Shown here piece by piece: positions 50,614-61,786 of a stretch of DNA of 64,000 bases. Made by a program: the position numbers and the translations under genes. The notes beneath the pieces are model-generated. The model was not told the DNA's origin. It made no database searches and saw only the letters and a list, made by a program, of their open reading frames with translations. The number at the start of each line of letters is the position of its first letter. The stretch's first letter is position 1. Source of the DNA: Candidatus Heimdallarchaeota archaeon (GTDB lineage Archaea; Asgardarchaeota; Heimdallarchaeia; JABLTI01); assembly GCA_018238155.1 (NCBI GenBank), contig JABCTZ010000006.1:32001-96000 (forward strand), in the 5' to 3' direction.

Positions 50614-51639
50614 TTAAGGTGTAATCACCGTTCTGAATTCTGCAGTAAACTTTCTAAGACGATGTTGTACTTCATTAATAGCACCTGCTTCTAGTGGAAC
50701 TGTTTTTGTTACCACATTAGTTAAGTCAAGTTTTCCTTTTTCTGCTAATTCAAGTAAGAAAGGTATCTCAGATAATAGGTGATCAGAACATCCAATGATT
50801 TCTTTTTCTCTACATATTGCCTCATAAGAATCGATATTGAATGGTTGTTTTGTAATTCCGACTAATCCCAATCTCCCAAATCGAGCCAATGATTTAATTC
50901 CTTGTTCCATTGTTAGTTGAAGTCCAATTAATTCTAATGCGACATCCACACCATCTCCGAGAGTTAGCTCCATTATTTTCTCCACAGGATCATTTTCTTT
51001 GGCGTTGATAGGTATCGCTCCTAGTTTTTCTGCATAAAGCAATTTTTTCTTATCAATATCTACAGCGTAAATCTCTCGAGCACCAAAAACTTTTGCTAAC
51101 TGCAATGCAGAAATCCCCAATCCTCCTAGACCAAAGATTGCTATGTTTTCTCCCGGTTGAAATCTTGTTTTCCTTAGTGCATGAAGCGAAGTTGCTGAAG
51201 AACACATCATCACTGAAGCATGTTCAAATGAAACCCCATCTGGTAGCTTGTATATACCTCGAGTGGGTACAGCAATATATTCTGCGTATCCACCATCAAC
51301 ATCTTTCCCTATCATTTTACCCTTGACACAAAACTGTTCTGTACCTTGAATACAGTATTTACACTTACCACATGTAATCATATAATTAACACAAATACGG
51401 TCTCCAATTTGAAAATCAGTTACATTTTCGCCAATTTTTTCAATTTCCCCTGCAACTTCATGCCCTAAAGTTATTGGTAAATATCCCACAGGAGAAACCC
51501 CCGCTCTATAATGAACATCCGAATGGCAAATTCCTGCTGCTTTTATTCGAATTAGAACTTCATCTGTCTTTGGTTCCGGTTTTGGAATTTCTCTTTCCTC
51601 TAAATCTTTACCAATTTCAATTAATTGAATAGTTTTCAT
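50614..51639 (-). CDS. Zinc-dependent alcohol dehydrogenase (MDR family)
   Basis: GICHSD, GHEVAG, CGKCKYC..C, GLGGLG. Confidence 0.92.
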   Translation of the reverse strand: MKTIQLIEIGKDLEEREIPKPEPKTDEVLIRIKAAGICHSDVHYRAGVSPVGYLPITLGHEVAGEIEKIGENVTDFQIGDRICVNYMITCGKCKYCIQGTEQFCVKGKMIGKDVDGGYAEYIAVPTRGIYKLPDGVSFEHASVMMCSSATSLHALRKTRFQPGENIAIFGLGGLGISALQLAKVFGAREIYAVDIDKKKLLYAEKLGAIPINAKENDPVEKIMELTLGDGVDVALELIGLQLTMEQGIKSLARFGRLGLVGITKQPFNIDSYEAICREKEIIGCSDHLLSEIPFLLELAEKGKLDLTNVVTKTVPLEAGAINEVQHRLRKFTAEFRTVITP

Positions 51640-51801
51640 AGTTTGAGTTATTATCTACCTCATTTAAAACTATTTTATATTATATGAAACAAGCATTAAT
51701 TGTTCTTGATGGACTCGATTAGAATAAGGATTAATATTGTTAAAAAAAAAAGCTTTTTAAGTAACTTGTGAGTCAATCAAAGTATATTCAAACAATTATA
51801 G

Positions 51802-54800
51802 GTGTTTCATATTTCCAACTATTACATCGGTACCAATGTAGGTTCTGTTTCAGTGAACCTTGTCTATATTGATGATGACGATAATGTTGCTACATTCAAA
51901 CGACCTCATCTTGGCAATCCAAAACAAGTTCTGAACTATCTCTTAGAAGAAAAGATCGGTAAAAAAGATAACTATTATGGTGTTAGTGGTTCTTTTGGTG
52001 ATATTTCTGAAATTGTTGCAGTAGAACGTGCTCTAAATTCTTTCGATGAAAAATTCGATGTTGTTCTCTCTTTAGGAGGGGAAGCACTTATTCTTTATGT
52101 CTTAGGAGAAGACGGTCATATCGCCAACGTCATGTCTCACGATAAATGTGCAGCCGGAAGTGGAGAGTTTTTCATACAACAAATTGATAGATTAGGTCTA
52201 ACTCTTCCTGAAGCCATTGCACTTGCATTGAAGGGTAAGAAAACTGAATTAGCTTCAAGATGTTCTGTTCATTGTAAATCTGATATTACACACAAATTGA
52301 ATCGTGGAGAAGCACTAGTTGAAGATTTATTAACTTCCGTTCTTGCGAGTATAGTGAGCAAAGTACAAGCTTTGATCTTTCAATCTCGAGCCACTGTCAA
52401 ACGTATGTTAGTCATTGGCGGTGTTTCATTAAATGAAGCCTTTATTAAAATATTGCGCGAAGAGATTTCTGGTGTTAATGTAGTAATAAAAGAAGTAAGT
52501 CCCGTTTTCGAAGCATATGGAACTGCACTCTTGGTACGTGACAAACCTGTTTATCAACAAATCAAGTTAAAAATAACTAAAAGTTTCACATCTAACCCTT
52601 CCCTATCTGATTTCGAAAAACAAGTAACAATTATTGAAGCAACAGAAAATAAGACAAAATTCAAGAGGAACACTGTTTTTCATTTAGGTGTTGATGTGGG
52701 TTCTACAACAACAAAAGCTGTATTGGTTGACCCTTCTGATTCAAGCGTAGTTGCATCTTATTATGGAAGAACAAGTGGAAACCCAATTGAGGCAACAAAG
52801 AACTGTCTTGTAGAGCTTATTTCTCAAGTCGGTAATCAGAAAGTTTCTTTGGTCGGAGTAACTGGATCTGGAAGATCACTTGTCGGTGCTTTTCTGGGAA
52901 CACCGGCAATTTATAACGAGATTTCAGCTCATTCCCAAGGAGCTGTTTTTTATGATCCCGAAGTTGATACCATCTTTGAAATTGGTGGTCAAGACTCCAA
53001 ATATATGCTCTTGCAGAATGGTGTTCCAGTTGACTATGCTATGAATGCTACCTGTTCCGCAGGCACAGGCTCATTTCTGGAAGAAAGTGCAAAAGGTGAT
53101 TTGGGTATATCTGTTTTTGATATCTCTAAAATAGCAATTGATGCAAAGCAACCTATTAGATTCAAAGCTGATTGTGCAGCATTCATAAATACGGATATTC
53201 GCACTGCACTACAAGAAGACTATGGCAGAGAAAATATCGTTGCAGGATTAGTCTACTCAATTGTTGATAATTATCTAAACAAAGTAAAAGGAGCAAGACA
53301 AGTAGGCAAAAAAATCTTCTTTCAAGGTGGCGTTGCAAAAAATCATTCAGTTGGATATGCATTCGCACAAACAACTGGGAAACAAATTATTATTCCTCCA
53401 AACCCCGAACTTGTTGGAGCGTTTGGCATTGCTTTAATTGCGAAAATTAAATTCGAACAACATGAAATAACAGAAATGCCAAAATCAACTTCTCTCGAGA
53501 CTTTGATCAAAGCAGAACTTAAACATCTTGGAAGTGTTACTTGCAAATCTTGCAAGAATTTTTGCAAAATTGAGCGATATGAAGTTAGTGGTCGACGTTT
53601 CTTATTTGGTGGAAGTTGTTCAAAATACGAGCACCAGTGGAAAGGGTCCGAAAAAACAGCTGAAGTGGAAGACCTTGTTCAAAAAAGAAATGAAATAATG
53701 TTTGACGATTCAAATAATAACAAGACGAAAATTTCTAGAAGTAAAAAATCAATTGGAATTCCTCGAGCTTTGTTAACTCACAGCTTATATCCACTGTACT
53801 CCACTTTCTTAAGAGAATTAGGTTATCAAGTCATTCTCTCTGGAATTGATGATGATAAAGAATTAATGACAAATGCTCCATTTTGCTATCCAATTCAAAT
53901 TTTGCATGGTGCAGTCTTAGATCTTGTAAAGAGAAAAATTAAAACGATATTTATACCACATATTGTTAAATTGACAAAAATATATACTTGGAGGGATTCA
54001 ACATTCTGCCCAATAACTCAAGCAAGTCCTTACATTATCTCACAAGCATTTGAAGATACTACTATTTTAAAACCAACTCTTGATTTCTCACGAGGGTATA
54101 CCAAAGAAAATGCCTTAATCAAAATGGCCGTAGACGAATTACATCACACTAAAAAATTAGCTAAGAAAGCCTTTCAAAAAGCTGTTGAAGCTCAATTAGA
54201 TATTGAGAAACAATTCTTGCTTTTAGGACAAGACGCAATTAACAAATTGAAAGGGACTGATGAAATCGGTATCTTATTGGTCGGAAGAAGCTACAATGCT
54301 TTTCCATCTGAAACCTCTCTGAAAATACCAAAGAAACTCTCGAGCATGGGTATTACAGTAATACCTTTTGATTTTCTGGAAAAAACTGATACAGACGATA
54401 TTCCCTGGTATTTTGCAAACTATGTCAAAGTAGCAATTGATCTTGCGTTAAAACACGAAAATCTCTACGTACTCTATATTAATAGTTTCAGTTGTACAAT
54501 AGATGCTTTTATTCAAAATTATGTTAGTACCGAGATGACTTCAAAACCTTATCTCTTTTTAGAATTGGATGCACATACTGCAGATGCGGGGATCCAAACA
54601 CGATTAGAAGCCTTTCTTGAAATTGTTAAAAACTACAAAATAAGTGAGAAAATAGACAAAGAAGATTCATTTCAAGTAGCACAAGTAAAACGTAGAAATG
54701 GAAAAACAGTAGTAATAACTTCCCAAGGGAAAACTCTCGATATAAAAGACTCTCGAGTCAAACTCTATTCACCAAGCTTTTCAAAAAATCATACCGATAT

Positions 54801-56187
54801 CGGTGAAAAATTCATGTCTATGTTTGGCTTTAACATGGGTGTTGCCAATGACATTAAACTAGACTACGCCGTGAAAGGATTAAGATGTAGTTCAGGAAAA
54901 GAATGTATTCCTCTTCCAATCGTTTTAGGTCAAATAATGACTCTTGTTGAAAATAAAAAACCTGAGGAACTTATAGGTATGTTCATGATTCGTGGAGGTT
55001 CACCCTGTGCCGTTTATAGCTATTATCATTACATTGAACAATTTTTAGAAAGTAATAAAATAGAAAATGTTTTCATTTATAGATTGGATTATCTTACAAA
55101 GTTCTTAGGTATGAAATTAATTGATGTTTTGCGCTTTTTCCCAAAAGCAATGGTAATTGCTGATATTATTGATGAAATTGAAAGCTCTCTCCGAGTTGTA
55201 GGTGATCAAGATAGTTTAGATTCACTTCAGAGAGTTTGGGGAGAATTTTTGAACAACATTACCAACAAAAGAAATTTTACCAAAGGATTACCGAGGCTCA
55301 TTAGAAATATTAGAAAAATACCTCGAAAAGACTCACCAATAGACTATCCAAAAGTACTGATCAGTGGTGATTTCTTTGTGCGATTTAGCCCCTTCTTTTT
55401 GAAGGAATTACGTGATATTTACAGTGAAAATGGCATCATCGTTAAATCCTCAGATTTACTTGAATTAAATTTGTATGGTACAAGTTTTAATGGTGGTTAT
55501 GAGGTTTTGAAGAAATGGAATAAAGACCCCACGAAATTCTTAACTCAATTGAGAGCTTTTCTCACACCTTGGGATCTAGCTTCTAGAAACCTAATTATTT
55601 CAAAGATTGTTTTAAAATTTCTACATTCACTTGAAAGAAGAATTAGAAATCGATTCAAGAAAACAAGATTATTATATGCTGAACCAAATGATATTGGAAA
55701 GCTGATAAATCACTCTAGCCCTTATATCTCTCGTTTAATTTTTGGCGAAGCAATTCCAACAATTGGTAAAGGATTAGAAACTTTGGAAGAGTCTGCATAT
55801 GATTCTCTGATATTAACTGGTCCCTTTAATTGTCTGCCATACAAAATATCTCAGGCAATTTTGAAACCTATTTACTTTGAACATAACACTCCTTTCCTAG
55901 TATTTGATGTAGATATTACCGCAATTACACCCAACACGAAACGATTAATTCATGCCAACATTGAACAAATAAAAAGAAAAAGAACGCAAAATCTTCGTGA
56001 AGTAAAATGGTCTCATAGAGTAGAGAGTAGATTGAAATCACAAGAAAGAAAGCAAGAACGCAAAAAAGAACGTTTATACAGAATGGTTCAACGGAAAGAA
56101 AAAATTTGGTCTCAACAATTAGAGCGAACTGAAAGGCGACTTAAGAATCGAACGATTATTAATCTGATTAGATGGAGGAGAAAATAG
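51802..56187 (+). CDS. 2-hydroxyacyl-CoA dehydratase activase-like multidomain protein (2x BcrAD/BadFG + DUF2229)
   Basis: KCAAGSGEF, SRCSVHCKSD, DVGSTTTKA, EIGGQDSK, CSAGTGSFLEE, IGIPRAL, GKECIP, GPFNCLP. Confidence 0.88.
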   Translation: MFHISNYYIGTNVGSVSVNLVYIDDDDNVATFKRPHLGNPKQVLNYLLEEKIGKKDNYYGVSGSFGDISEIVAVERALNSFDEKFDVVLSLGGEALILYVLGEDGHIANVMSHDKCAAGSGEFFIQQIDRLGLTLPEAIALALKGKKTELASRCSVHCKSDITHKLNRGEALVEDLLTSVLASIVSKVQALIFQSRATVKRMLVIGGVSLNEAFIKILREEISGVNVVIKEVSPVFEAYGTALLVRDKPVYQQIKLKITKSFTSNPSLSDFEKQVTIIEATENKTKFKRNTVFHLGVDVGSTTTKAVLVDPSDSSVVASYYGRTSGNPIEATKNCLVELISQVGNQKVSLVGVTGSGRSLVGAFLGTPAIYNEISAHSQGAVFYDPEVDTIFEIGGQDSKYMLLQNGVPVDYAMNATCSAGTGSFLEESAKGDLGISVFDISKIAIDAKQPIRFKADCAAFINTDIRTALQEDYGRENIVAGLVYSIVDNYLNKVKGARQVGKKIFFQGGVAKNHSVGYAFAQTTGKQIIIPPNPELVGAFGIALIAKIKFEQHEITEMPKSTSLETLIKAELKHLGSVTCKSCKNFCKIERYEVSGRRFLFGGSCSKYEHQWKGSEKTAEVEDLVQKRNEIMFDDSNNNKTKISRSKKSIGIPRALLTHSLYPLYSTFLRELGYQVILSGIDDDKELMTNAPFCYPIQILHGAVLDLVKRKIKTIFIPHIVKLTKIYTWRDSTFCPITQASPYIISQAFEDTTILKPTLDFSRGYTKENALIKMAVDELHHTKKLAKKAFQKAVEAQLDIEKQFLLLGQDAINKLKGTDEIGILLVGRSYNAFPSETSLKIPKKLSSMGITVIPFDFLEKTDTDDIPWYFANYVKVAIDLALKHENLYVLYINSFSCTIDAFIQNYVSTEMTSKPYLFLELDAHTADAGIQTRLEAFLEIVKNYKISEKIDKEDSFQVAQVKRRNGKTVVITSQGKTLDIKDSRVKLYSPSFSKNHTDIGEKFMSMFGFNMGVANDIKLDYAVKGLRCSSGKECIPLPIVLGQIMTLVENKKPEELIGMFMIRGGSPCAVYSYYHYIEQFLESNKIENVFIYRLDYLTKFLGMKLIDVLRFFPKAMVIADIIDEIESSLRVVGDQDSLDSLQRVWGEFLNNITNKRNFTKGLPRLIRNIRKIPRKDSPIDYPKVLISGDFFVRFSPFFLKELRDIYSENGIIVKSSDLLELNLYGTSFNGGYEVLKKWNKDPTKFLTQLRAFLTPWDLASRNLIISKIVLKFLHSLERRIRNRFKKTRLLYAEPNDIGKLINHSSPYISRLIFGEAIPTIGKGLETLEESAYDSLILTGPFNCLPYKISQAILKPIYFEHNTPFLVFDVDITAITPNTKRLIHANIEQIKRKRTQNLREVKWSHRVESRLKSQERKQERKKERLYRMVQRKEKIWSQQLERTERRLKNRTIINLIRWRRK

Positions 56188-56422
56188 GCTACTTGTTGGT
56201 TCATCTTTTCTTCATCAATTATTATTTTTTTATTAAAAAAAGATTTAAATTGAACAGAATTCTTTTAAAATGTAGTTTGAATAAAATAGTATTAATTAGA
56301 AATGATGGTTTTTTTACCATAATATTCTAATTAAATAACTTGAAACACAAAAAATTATTATAAAAGAAGCGCTGAAAACTCATTGCTCGGTAATGTGATT
56401 CTTACTTAGGGAATAGATCAAT

Positions 56423-57301
56423 ATGAAAATCGTTGAAAATAAACCTCTAAATATACTTTTCCAAGTAGCTATTGCTGTTGGAATTGCTGGACTAGTAATG
56501 TTCTTGATTCAAGAAATTATTACTATTTGGACTGGTACTGCATATACAGTGATACTTGTAATCGCTGACTTCATTGGAATTATTGCTCTTATTACATTTA
56601 TTGTGTGGATGTTTCTACCAACTAATAGAGACATTACTTTGAATGTTGCATTTATTAGTAGTGCAGTTTATGTTTTATTATACTCATTTGCTCACTTCTT
56701 CGTTATACAATATCGAAGTTCAATTGGCTCCGCACCTTCAACAGGAAATATTCTTAGTGATTTTATAGATTCAGGAGTTAGCTTTATTGGCTTAGTAGCT
56801 TTAACATTAATCTCTATAATGATGGTAATTGTTTTTGCTCTTAGGTTTGTAAAACGAAGTGCAATGCCTGTATATGAGAAATTTGCAACATTGATTTGGT
56901 TGTTAGTTTTAGCTATTTATGATTTCGGTGGATTCTATTACGTCAAGCAAAGCATAACATATGGAACTTCAGGAGCTCCATTAACAACACTGCTAGGAAT
57001 AACTTTCTTACCAAATACTTTGGAACTTATTTTCCTTCTCTTTGCAGCTCTTATTGTAATCTTCAAACTGTTTGGAAGATTGGATAAAAAAGTCGAAAAA
57101 ATTCTTGTATTGACTTTAGTAAATACTTTCTTCCTCACTTTTGCTATTGCTACAGTAAATGCAATAGGCTTTGTTACTTCAATTACAGCACGAATTCCAT
57201 CTGTGATCGGTAATCATTTCATCATGGCTGGTACACTGCTAGCAATAGTTATCACTTTTATCATGTTGGGAAAAGAATATCCTGTTAGATCAAGACAATA
57301 G
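56423..57301 (+). CDS. Multi-pass membrane protein
   Basis: About 8 hydrophobic segments. Confidence 0.65.
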   Translation: MKIVENKPLNILFQVAIAVGIAGLVMFLIQEIITIWTGTAYTVILVIADFIGIIALITFIVWMFLPTNRDITLNVAFISSAVYVLLYSFAHFFVIQYRSSIGSAPSTGNILSDFIDSGVSFIGLVALTLISIMMVIVFALRFVKRSAMPVYEKFATLIWLLVLAIYDFGGFYYVKQSITYGTSGAPLTTLLGITFLPNTLELIFLLFAALIVIFKLFGRLDKKVEKILVLTLVNTFFLTFAIATVNAIGFVTSITARIPSVIGNHFIMAGTLLAIVITFIMLGKEYPVRSRQ

Positions 57302-57320
57302 AAATAAGAAAACAAAATTC

Positions 57321-57848
57321 TTATTTCAAATTCTTCTTTTTCTTTTTTTGAAAAAAACTGATAATAAATATCGTTGAGAGAACTATTTTTATTGATGAAT
57401 TTGCTCTGCTTGTTTCTTCCACTGCATTGGAATTAGGTGCTGTATCTGTTATTACAGCTGTAACTGTGGTATTTTCATCTTTGAAATCCCAATCTAAATG
57501 AACAAACCTGATTGAATAATTCAGTGAGACTTCAGCTAAAAAGCTTCCTTCTCCAATACTTATTCCATGAGCTAAAAGAGTGCTCGATCCTTCTTCTCCA
57601 GGAAGAATAGCTAATGTATAGATTGAGATGTTGATAGTATCTGAGGTGCTTACGAAAGACCAATACAGGGTTTGGTTTTCTATGTGGAAAATACCCAAAT
57701 CGATATTCAATGCTCTAGAATAAGCTATCTCTTGGGAACCAATCCACGGACTTTCGGATCGACTCATTTCCATCGATCTACTTAGAATTAAAAATAAAAT
57801 TAAACATACTATTCGAAATTTATTCTTTCCCAAATATTTTACCCTCAA
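57321..57848 (-). CDS. Secreted/membrane-anchored beta protein
   Basis: Signal peptide, several N-x-S/T sequons, C-terminal hydrophobic stretch and poly-K. Confidence 0.55.
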   Translation of the reverse strand: MRVKYLGKNKFRIVCLILFLILSRSMEMSRSESPWIGSQEIAYSRALNIDLGIFHIENQTLYWSFVSTSDTINISIYTLAILPGEEGSSTLLAHGISIGEGSFLAEVSLNYSIRFVHLDWDFKDENTTVTAVITDTAPNSNAVEETSRANSSIKIVLSTIFIISFFQKKKKKNLK

Positions 57849-57961
57849 TTAAAGTCAAAATCTAATTCGTATAAAGTTATTGTTAATTATTTTGTGAGAA
57901 TGATGTTTTTTGAATTAAATTGACGGAAGAAATAAATTAGTAATCAGCTTATTTAGTAACC

Positions 57962-58516
57962 ATGCCTTTTACACCGTTTCATTTAGGGTTTGGTGTGTTC
58001 ATATTTGCAATATGCCCCTTTATTGATATTACAGCAATTTTGATTGGAACTATAATCATTGATATAGAAGGAGTTCTTTATTTATTGTTTAAAATTGGTG
58101 CATTACATGGCTACTCTCATAGCTTGCTTGGAGTCATGATTTATCTAATTCCATGTACGTTTTTCAGTTGGATATTTTACAAGCTGTTAGCAAGAATGAC
58201 AAAAATAGAATTTAGATTTAACTGGATATTATCTGGTATCTCAAGTCTAATTGGTCTAATATCACACATCATTTTTGATGGTAGTTTATATCCGGAGATG
58301 ATGTCTTTGTATCCATTCTCCAAAGTCCAAGGACACCTCATAGGAATCATGTCCTATCAAACAGTAATTATTATTTTAATATCTATGTTCGCAGTAGGTG
58401 TTCTTATTATAGCAGTAAAATCTTTATTGAGGTTTAAATTTGAGAAAAATATCTTATTATCCTATAATTTATTGAAACCATTAAACATAGAGGACTCTAT
58501 ACATACTGAATCGTAA
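57962..58516 (+). CDS. Membrane-bound metal-dependent hydrolase (YdjM/DUF4184-like)
   Basis: MPFTPFH, IDIE, LHGYSHS, SHIIFD. Confidence 0.75.
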   Translation: MPFTPFHLGFGVFIFAICPFIDITAILIGTIIIDIEGVLYLLFKIGALHGYSHSLLGVMIYLIPCTFFSWIFYKLLARMTKIEFRFNWILSGISSLIGLISHIIFDGSLYPEMMSLYPFSKVQGHLIGIMSYQTVIIILISMFAVGVLIIAVKSLLRFKFEKNILLSYNLLKPLNIEDSIHTES

Positions 58517-58564
58517 GGCAATTTTTTTCTTCTCTTGTTTTTTCGATTTCCTAAAGACAATTCA

Positions 58565-59011
58565 TTATTTATGAAAGGGAAGATTAAAATCTCGATTTTG
58601 TCTCTCTATCTTTATTTGCTCCAGAAAAGAGCTTATTTGATGATCTCTTTTGTGTTTGAATATTTTGTCTTTAAACTTCTTCTCCAAAAGAGCTTCTATC
58701 TGAATAAGCAGACGGTCATCGTAAGGTTTGAAATTCAATTTGCCTTCTGCAGTTCTTTCGATAGTTTCTACTATAGTATAGAGTTTGGAAATTAATCTTT
58801 CTTCAATTTCACTATGGATGTTTTGTCTTACAGGAAGTCTTTCATTGAAGTCTTCTTCTTTTGGCATCACTTGCTCCCTCACAATACTATATGCCGACAA
58901 AAAATAAAAGACTTTTGTAAGAAAAAGAAATACGATGGAAATATATCCATTGCTCATCGTTTTTTCATCTGAATTTATGGGATTCAAAGTAAGCAAGGTG
59001 AACAATTTCAC
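58565..59011 (-). CDS. Hypothetical protein
   Basis: Charged ORF; real start probably MPKEEDF near 58867. Confidence 0.45.
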   Translation of the reverse strand: MKLFTLLTLNPINSDEKTMSNGYISIVFLFLTKVFYFLSAYSIVREQVMPKEEDFNERLPVRQNIHSEIEERLISKLYTIVETIERTAEGKLNFKPYDDRLLIQIEALLEKKFKDKIFKHKRDHQISSFLEQIKIERQNRDFNLPFHK

Positions 59012-59729
59012 ATTCTGTTATCAGGTGTCCAAAATTTAGAATAAAATTCTCATCTGCTAAAGGTCCAAAATGGATAGGAACAAAGTATTCAGGTTGAATG
59101 ATATCAATTACATCTATGATTTCTAAATCTGTCATAGTTTGACATCCAGGACCTAAAGGAAGTAATGCTACATCAATTAAACCTGTTAGTTGACTATATT
59201 CTTCAATATTCTTGGAATCTCCTGCATGAAAAATAGTAAACCCATTTATGTTTACAATATAGCTAGTAAAATTCTCTTCTTGAGGATGGCTTGCAAGATA
59301 CACTTCAACTGGAAGTGTATACATATAGAATGCTGTGATATCAAAGAGACTTACTTGATATTCATCTTCGGGGTTAAGTCCTATTCCATCAAATGATGCT
59401 ATGGCTGCTGTCATACATTTTGGAAAAATATTAACGGTCTCATTTTTTTGTAACATATCAATAATTATCGGTTGGTAATGATCCGAATGACTATGCGTTA
59501 TTAATATTGCATCTGCAAGTTTAGCACTATAATCTTCTGGAAGTTCAATGGGATCAATGTATAATCTCATCCCTCGTGTTTCAATCATAACTCCCGCGTT
59601 ATCTAGTAATGTTAAATTGACTGCATTGTAGTTGAGTATTGAAAGAGTTATAATTGGTGTTGCAACAGCCGTTACTGTTAACATCACTCCAATACCTATG
59701 AAAATTTTAACTCTCTTTGTAAACTTCAT
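58965..59729 (-). CDS. Exported MBL-fold metallo-hydrolase
   Basis: N-terminal TM, YIDP, THSHSDH, FHAGDS, PIHF. Confidence 0.85.
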   Translation of the reverse strand: MKFTKRVKIFIGIGVMLTVTAVATPIITLSILNYNAVNLTLLDNAGVMIETRGMRLYIDPIELPEDYSAKLADAILITHSHSDHYQPIIIDMLQKNETVNIFPKCMTAAIASFDGIGLNPEDEYQVSLFDITAFYMYTLPVEVYLASHPQEENFTSYIVNINGFTIFHAGDSKNIEEYSQLTGLIDVALLPLGPGCQTMTDLEIIDVIDIIQPEYFVPIHFGPLADENFILNFGHLITECEIVHLAYFESHKFR

Positions 59730-59850
59730 ACTATCTAAATTAAAACAGTTATATTAAAACTTCTCGACATTTTGGAGAATTAATTCTCGCCTATATGAGA
59801 ACAATACTATTTCTTCCCTCGTAGGATTTTTACTAGTACTTTTAATATGC

Positions 59851-60471
59851 TTAACAAGATTTCAAAGTTTCTTTAATATCATTCTTGTATATCATAATAA
59901 GCCAAGCGATATTTTGAATGAATTGATTTATTTCAGTAAAGTCTTGCCCTTTCAGTAGTTCAAAGACTTTTTCATCAGAATTTTGAATGAATTCGATAGC
60001 AAGTTCTTCTCCTTTGGATAACTTCGCCATGATTGTTTCTATACATTCTTTCGTAAACGTTTTTTCTTCATCAACTTGATCTAAGAGTAATTTGTATGCT
60101 TGATAGTTTTTCTTTTTACTTGCCTTAGTTGTTGATGTTTCCATTGTGTCATCAAAAAATACTTTGGCTGTTCGCATAAAAATAGAGACACTTTTATTTC
60201 TATTTTCATCATCAGTGAAAATTCGTTTCCCTGCTTCTACTACCAACCCAACATCCCCCAAAGTCCGAATATATCGATATAGTGTTTTATCCGATTTCTC
60301 ATTTCCTTCAGCTGCATATACCTCTTCAATTTCCTTTATGGTTTTAGGCCCTGTTCTCAAGACGGTCAAAAGAAGTCCATAATCCTTATCATAGAAATAT
60401 TTTGAAACCTCTTTATCTTTGACTTTCAAAGTGACTCGCTGATTGTAGGTTATTACATCTTGTTCACGCAT
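59851..60471 (-). CDS. Winged-helix transcriptional regulator
   Basis: LRTGPKTIKEI...KSDKTLYRYIRTLGDVGLVVEAG. Confidence 0.75.
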   Translation of the reverse strand: MREQDVITYNQRVTLKVKDKEVSKYFYDKDYGLLLTVLRTGPKTIKEIEEVYAAEGNEKSDKTLYRYIRTLGDVGLVVEAGKRIFTDDENRNKSVSIFMRTAKVFFDDTMETSTTKASKKKNYQAYKLLLDQVDEEKTFTKECIETIMAKLSKGEELAIEFIQNSDEKVFELLKGQDFTEINQFIQNIAWLIMIYKNDIKETLKSC

Positions 60472-60595
60472 CTAAATCTCCAATATATTTGTCGTAACTA
60501 TGAAATATTAATGTTTTCTCACCTCTTAGGAGTGCTGAACAAATCACAAACTAGTCGGACAGACAATACAAGTCTTTTCTCAATAGATAAACCTC

Positions 60596-60623
60596 TTTCT
60601 CAATGAATGAGAAAGTTTATATA
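60596..60623 (+). promoter_or_regulatory. Palindromic operator abutting a TATA box
   Basis: TTTCTCA-atgaa-TGAGAAA (60596-60614) then TTTATATA (60616); second half-site TTTCTCAAT near 60576. Confidence 0.55.
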
Positions 60624-60657
60624 CTTGTGTATTTATTATATAGTCAAGGTGAAAAAA

Positions 60658-60768
60658 ATGTCACAACCATTCCTAAATAAAAGAGAAAAAATATCATCAA
60701 CCTACGAACGCTTCTTGGATAAAAGATTATCAAGTGCTGAACAGTACTTGTTACTTTCCCACAGATGA
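60658..60768 (+). CDS. Unannotated 36-aa peptide
   Basis: MSQPFLNKREKISSTYERFLDKRLSSAEQYLLLSHR*, with TATA and AGGTGA upstream and a hairpin downstream. Confidence 0.55.
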   Translation: MSQPFLNKREKISSTYERFLDKRLSSAEQYLLLSHR

Positions 60769-61217
60769 GTGAATAAGTGTGGATAAGGAAGGTAACTTCC
60801 TTTTATTCATTCATCACACAATATTTTTCTAATTCTAACTAATTTCAAAAATCTCCATTATTAATAATGAACTTCTGTTTTTGTAAGACTTCTTGTGAGG
60901 ATCAAAGAATTTCCTTTTCATTTAAAGATAAAATTGCTTAATATCTTCAAATTCATTGCTAGTGAGTTGTTTTATTGTTATTTTCCTTGAAAACGAGTTT
61001 ATATTTTTCAATCAAATTGATGAATTAAGTAATAAGTATACCTTTATAAGTTGAAACAGAGAACAAATATCTTGTATACATTCAAAAAACAAGAAGAATG
61101 AAAGTAAGAGATTTCAGTAATTAGATTATGTAAAAATAATTTTTTTAAAAAATCAAACCTTCCAATTGATTGTTTTGAGTTTATGTATAACAAAAAATTA
61201 TTCGGTGAAAAAACAAA

Positions 61218-61376
61218 ATGAATAACTATAACGGATACAACCGCGAACCAAGAGAAATGCATAAAGTCACATGTGCTGACTGTGGAAATGAAACAGAAGT
61301 TCCATTCAAACCAGATGGCGAAAGACCAGTCTATTGCCGCGATTGTTACCAAAAAAGAAAGCCAAAAAGATACTAA
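61218..61376 (+). CDS. CxxC-x17-CxxC zinc-ribbon protein (missed by ORF track)
   Basis: MNNYNGYNREPREMHKVTCADCGNETEVPFKPDGERPVYCRDCYQKRKPKRY; GGTGA upstream. Confidence 0.9.
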   Translation: MNNYNGYNREPREMHKVTCADCGNETEVPFKPDGERPVYCRDCYQKRKPKRY

Positions 61377-61555
61377 GTTTCTTAGTTACATAATCTAGTT
61401 GAATACTAACTATCTTTTTGAATGTTATATTCAACCTTTTCTTATTTTTTGATTTAATTTACTGTTTATTTAAGAAGTAATTATTCTCTAATAAATTTAT
61501 TTTTGAGAAAAATAAATGTGACTTTTCTGATTTATTCAAAAAAGTGCTAATCTAT

Positions 61556-61690
61556 TCACGTGTTTTTCTTCATTCGAACCAATCCACATTCCGGACAAAT
61601 AAATTTAGTTTGTTTATGAAATCCTCCTTTTCTTTTCACAGGTTTCATATGAACTCGCAAATTTTTTAATCGGCAACGTGAACATTCCAT
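61556..61690 (-). CDS. Small zinc-finger protein
   Basis: MECSRC...FICPECG, two CxxC pairs; start reset to the internal Met. Confidence 0.6.
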   Translation of the reverse strand: MECSRCRLKNLRVHMKPVKRKGGFHKQTKFICPECGLVRMKKNT

Positions 61691-61786
61691 ATAAATCACA
61701 TTTTGATTTTCAATAAAATGTTTTAAAATTATCTCTCTCTTAAAATTTATTATGTAATAGAAAAAACAAGAAAGGAAAAACAATTG

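Noticed and set aside
61044-61352. 102-aa minus-strand ORF
   Set aside because: Antisense shadow of the real CxxC-x17-CxxC gene at 61218-61376.
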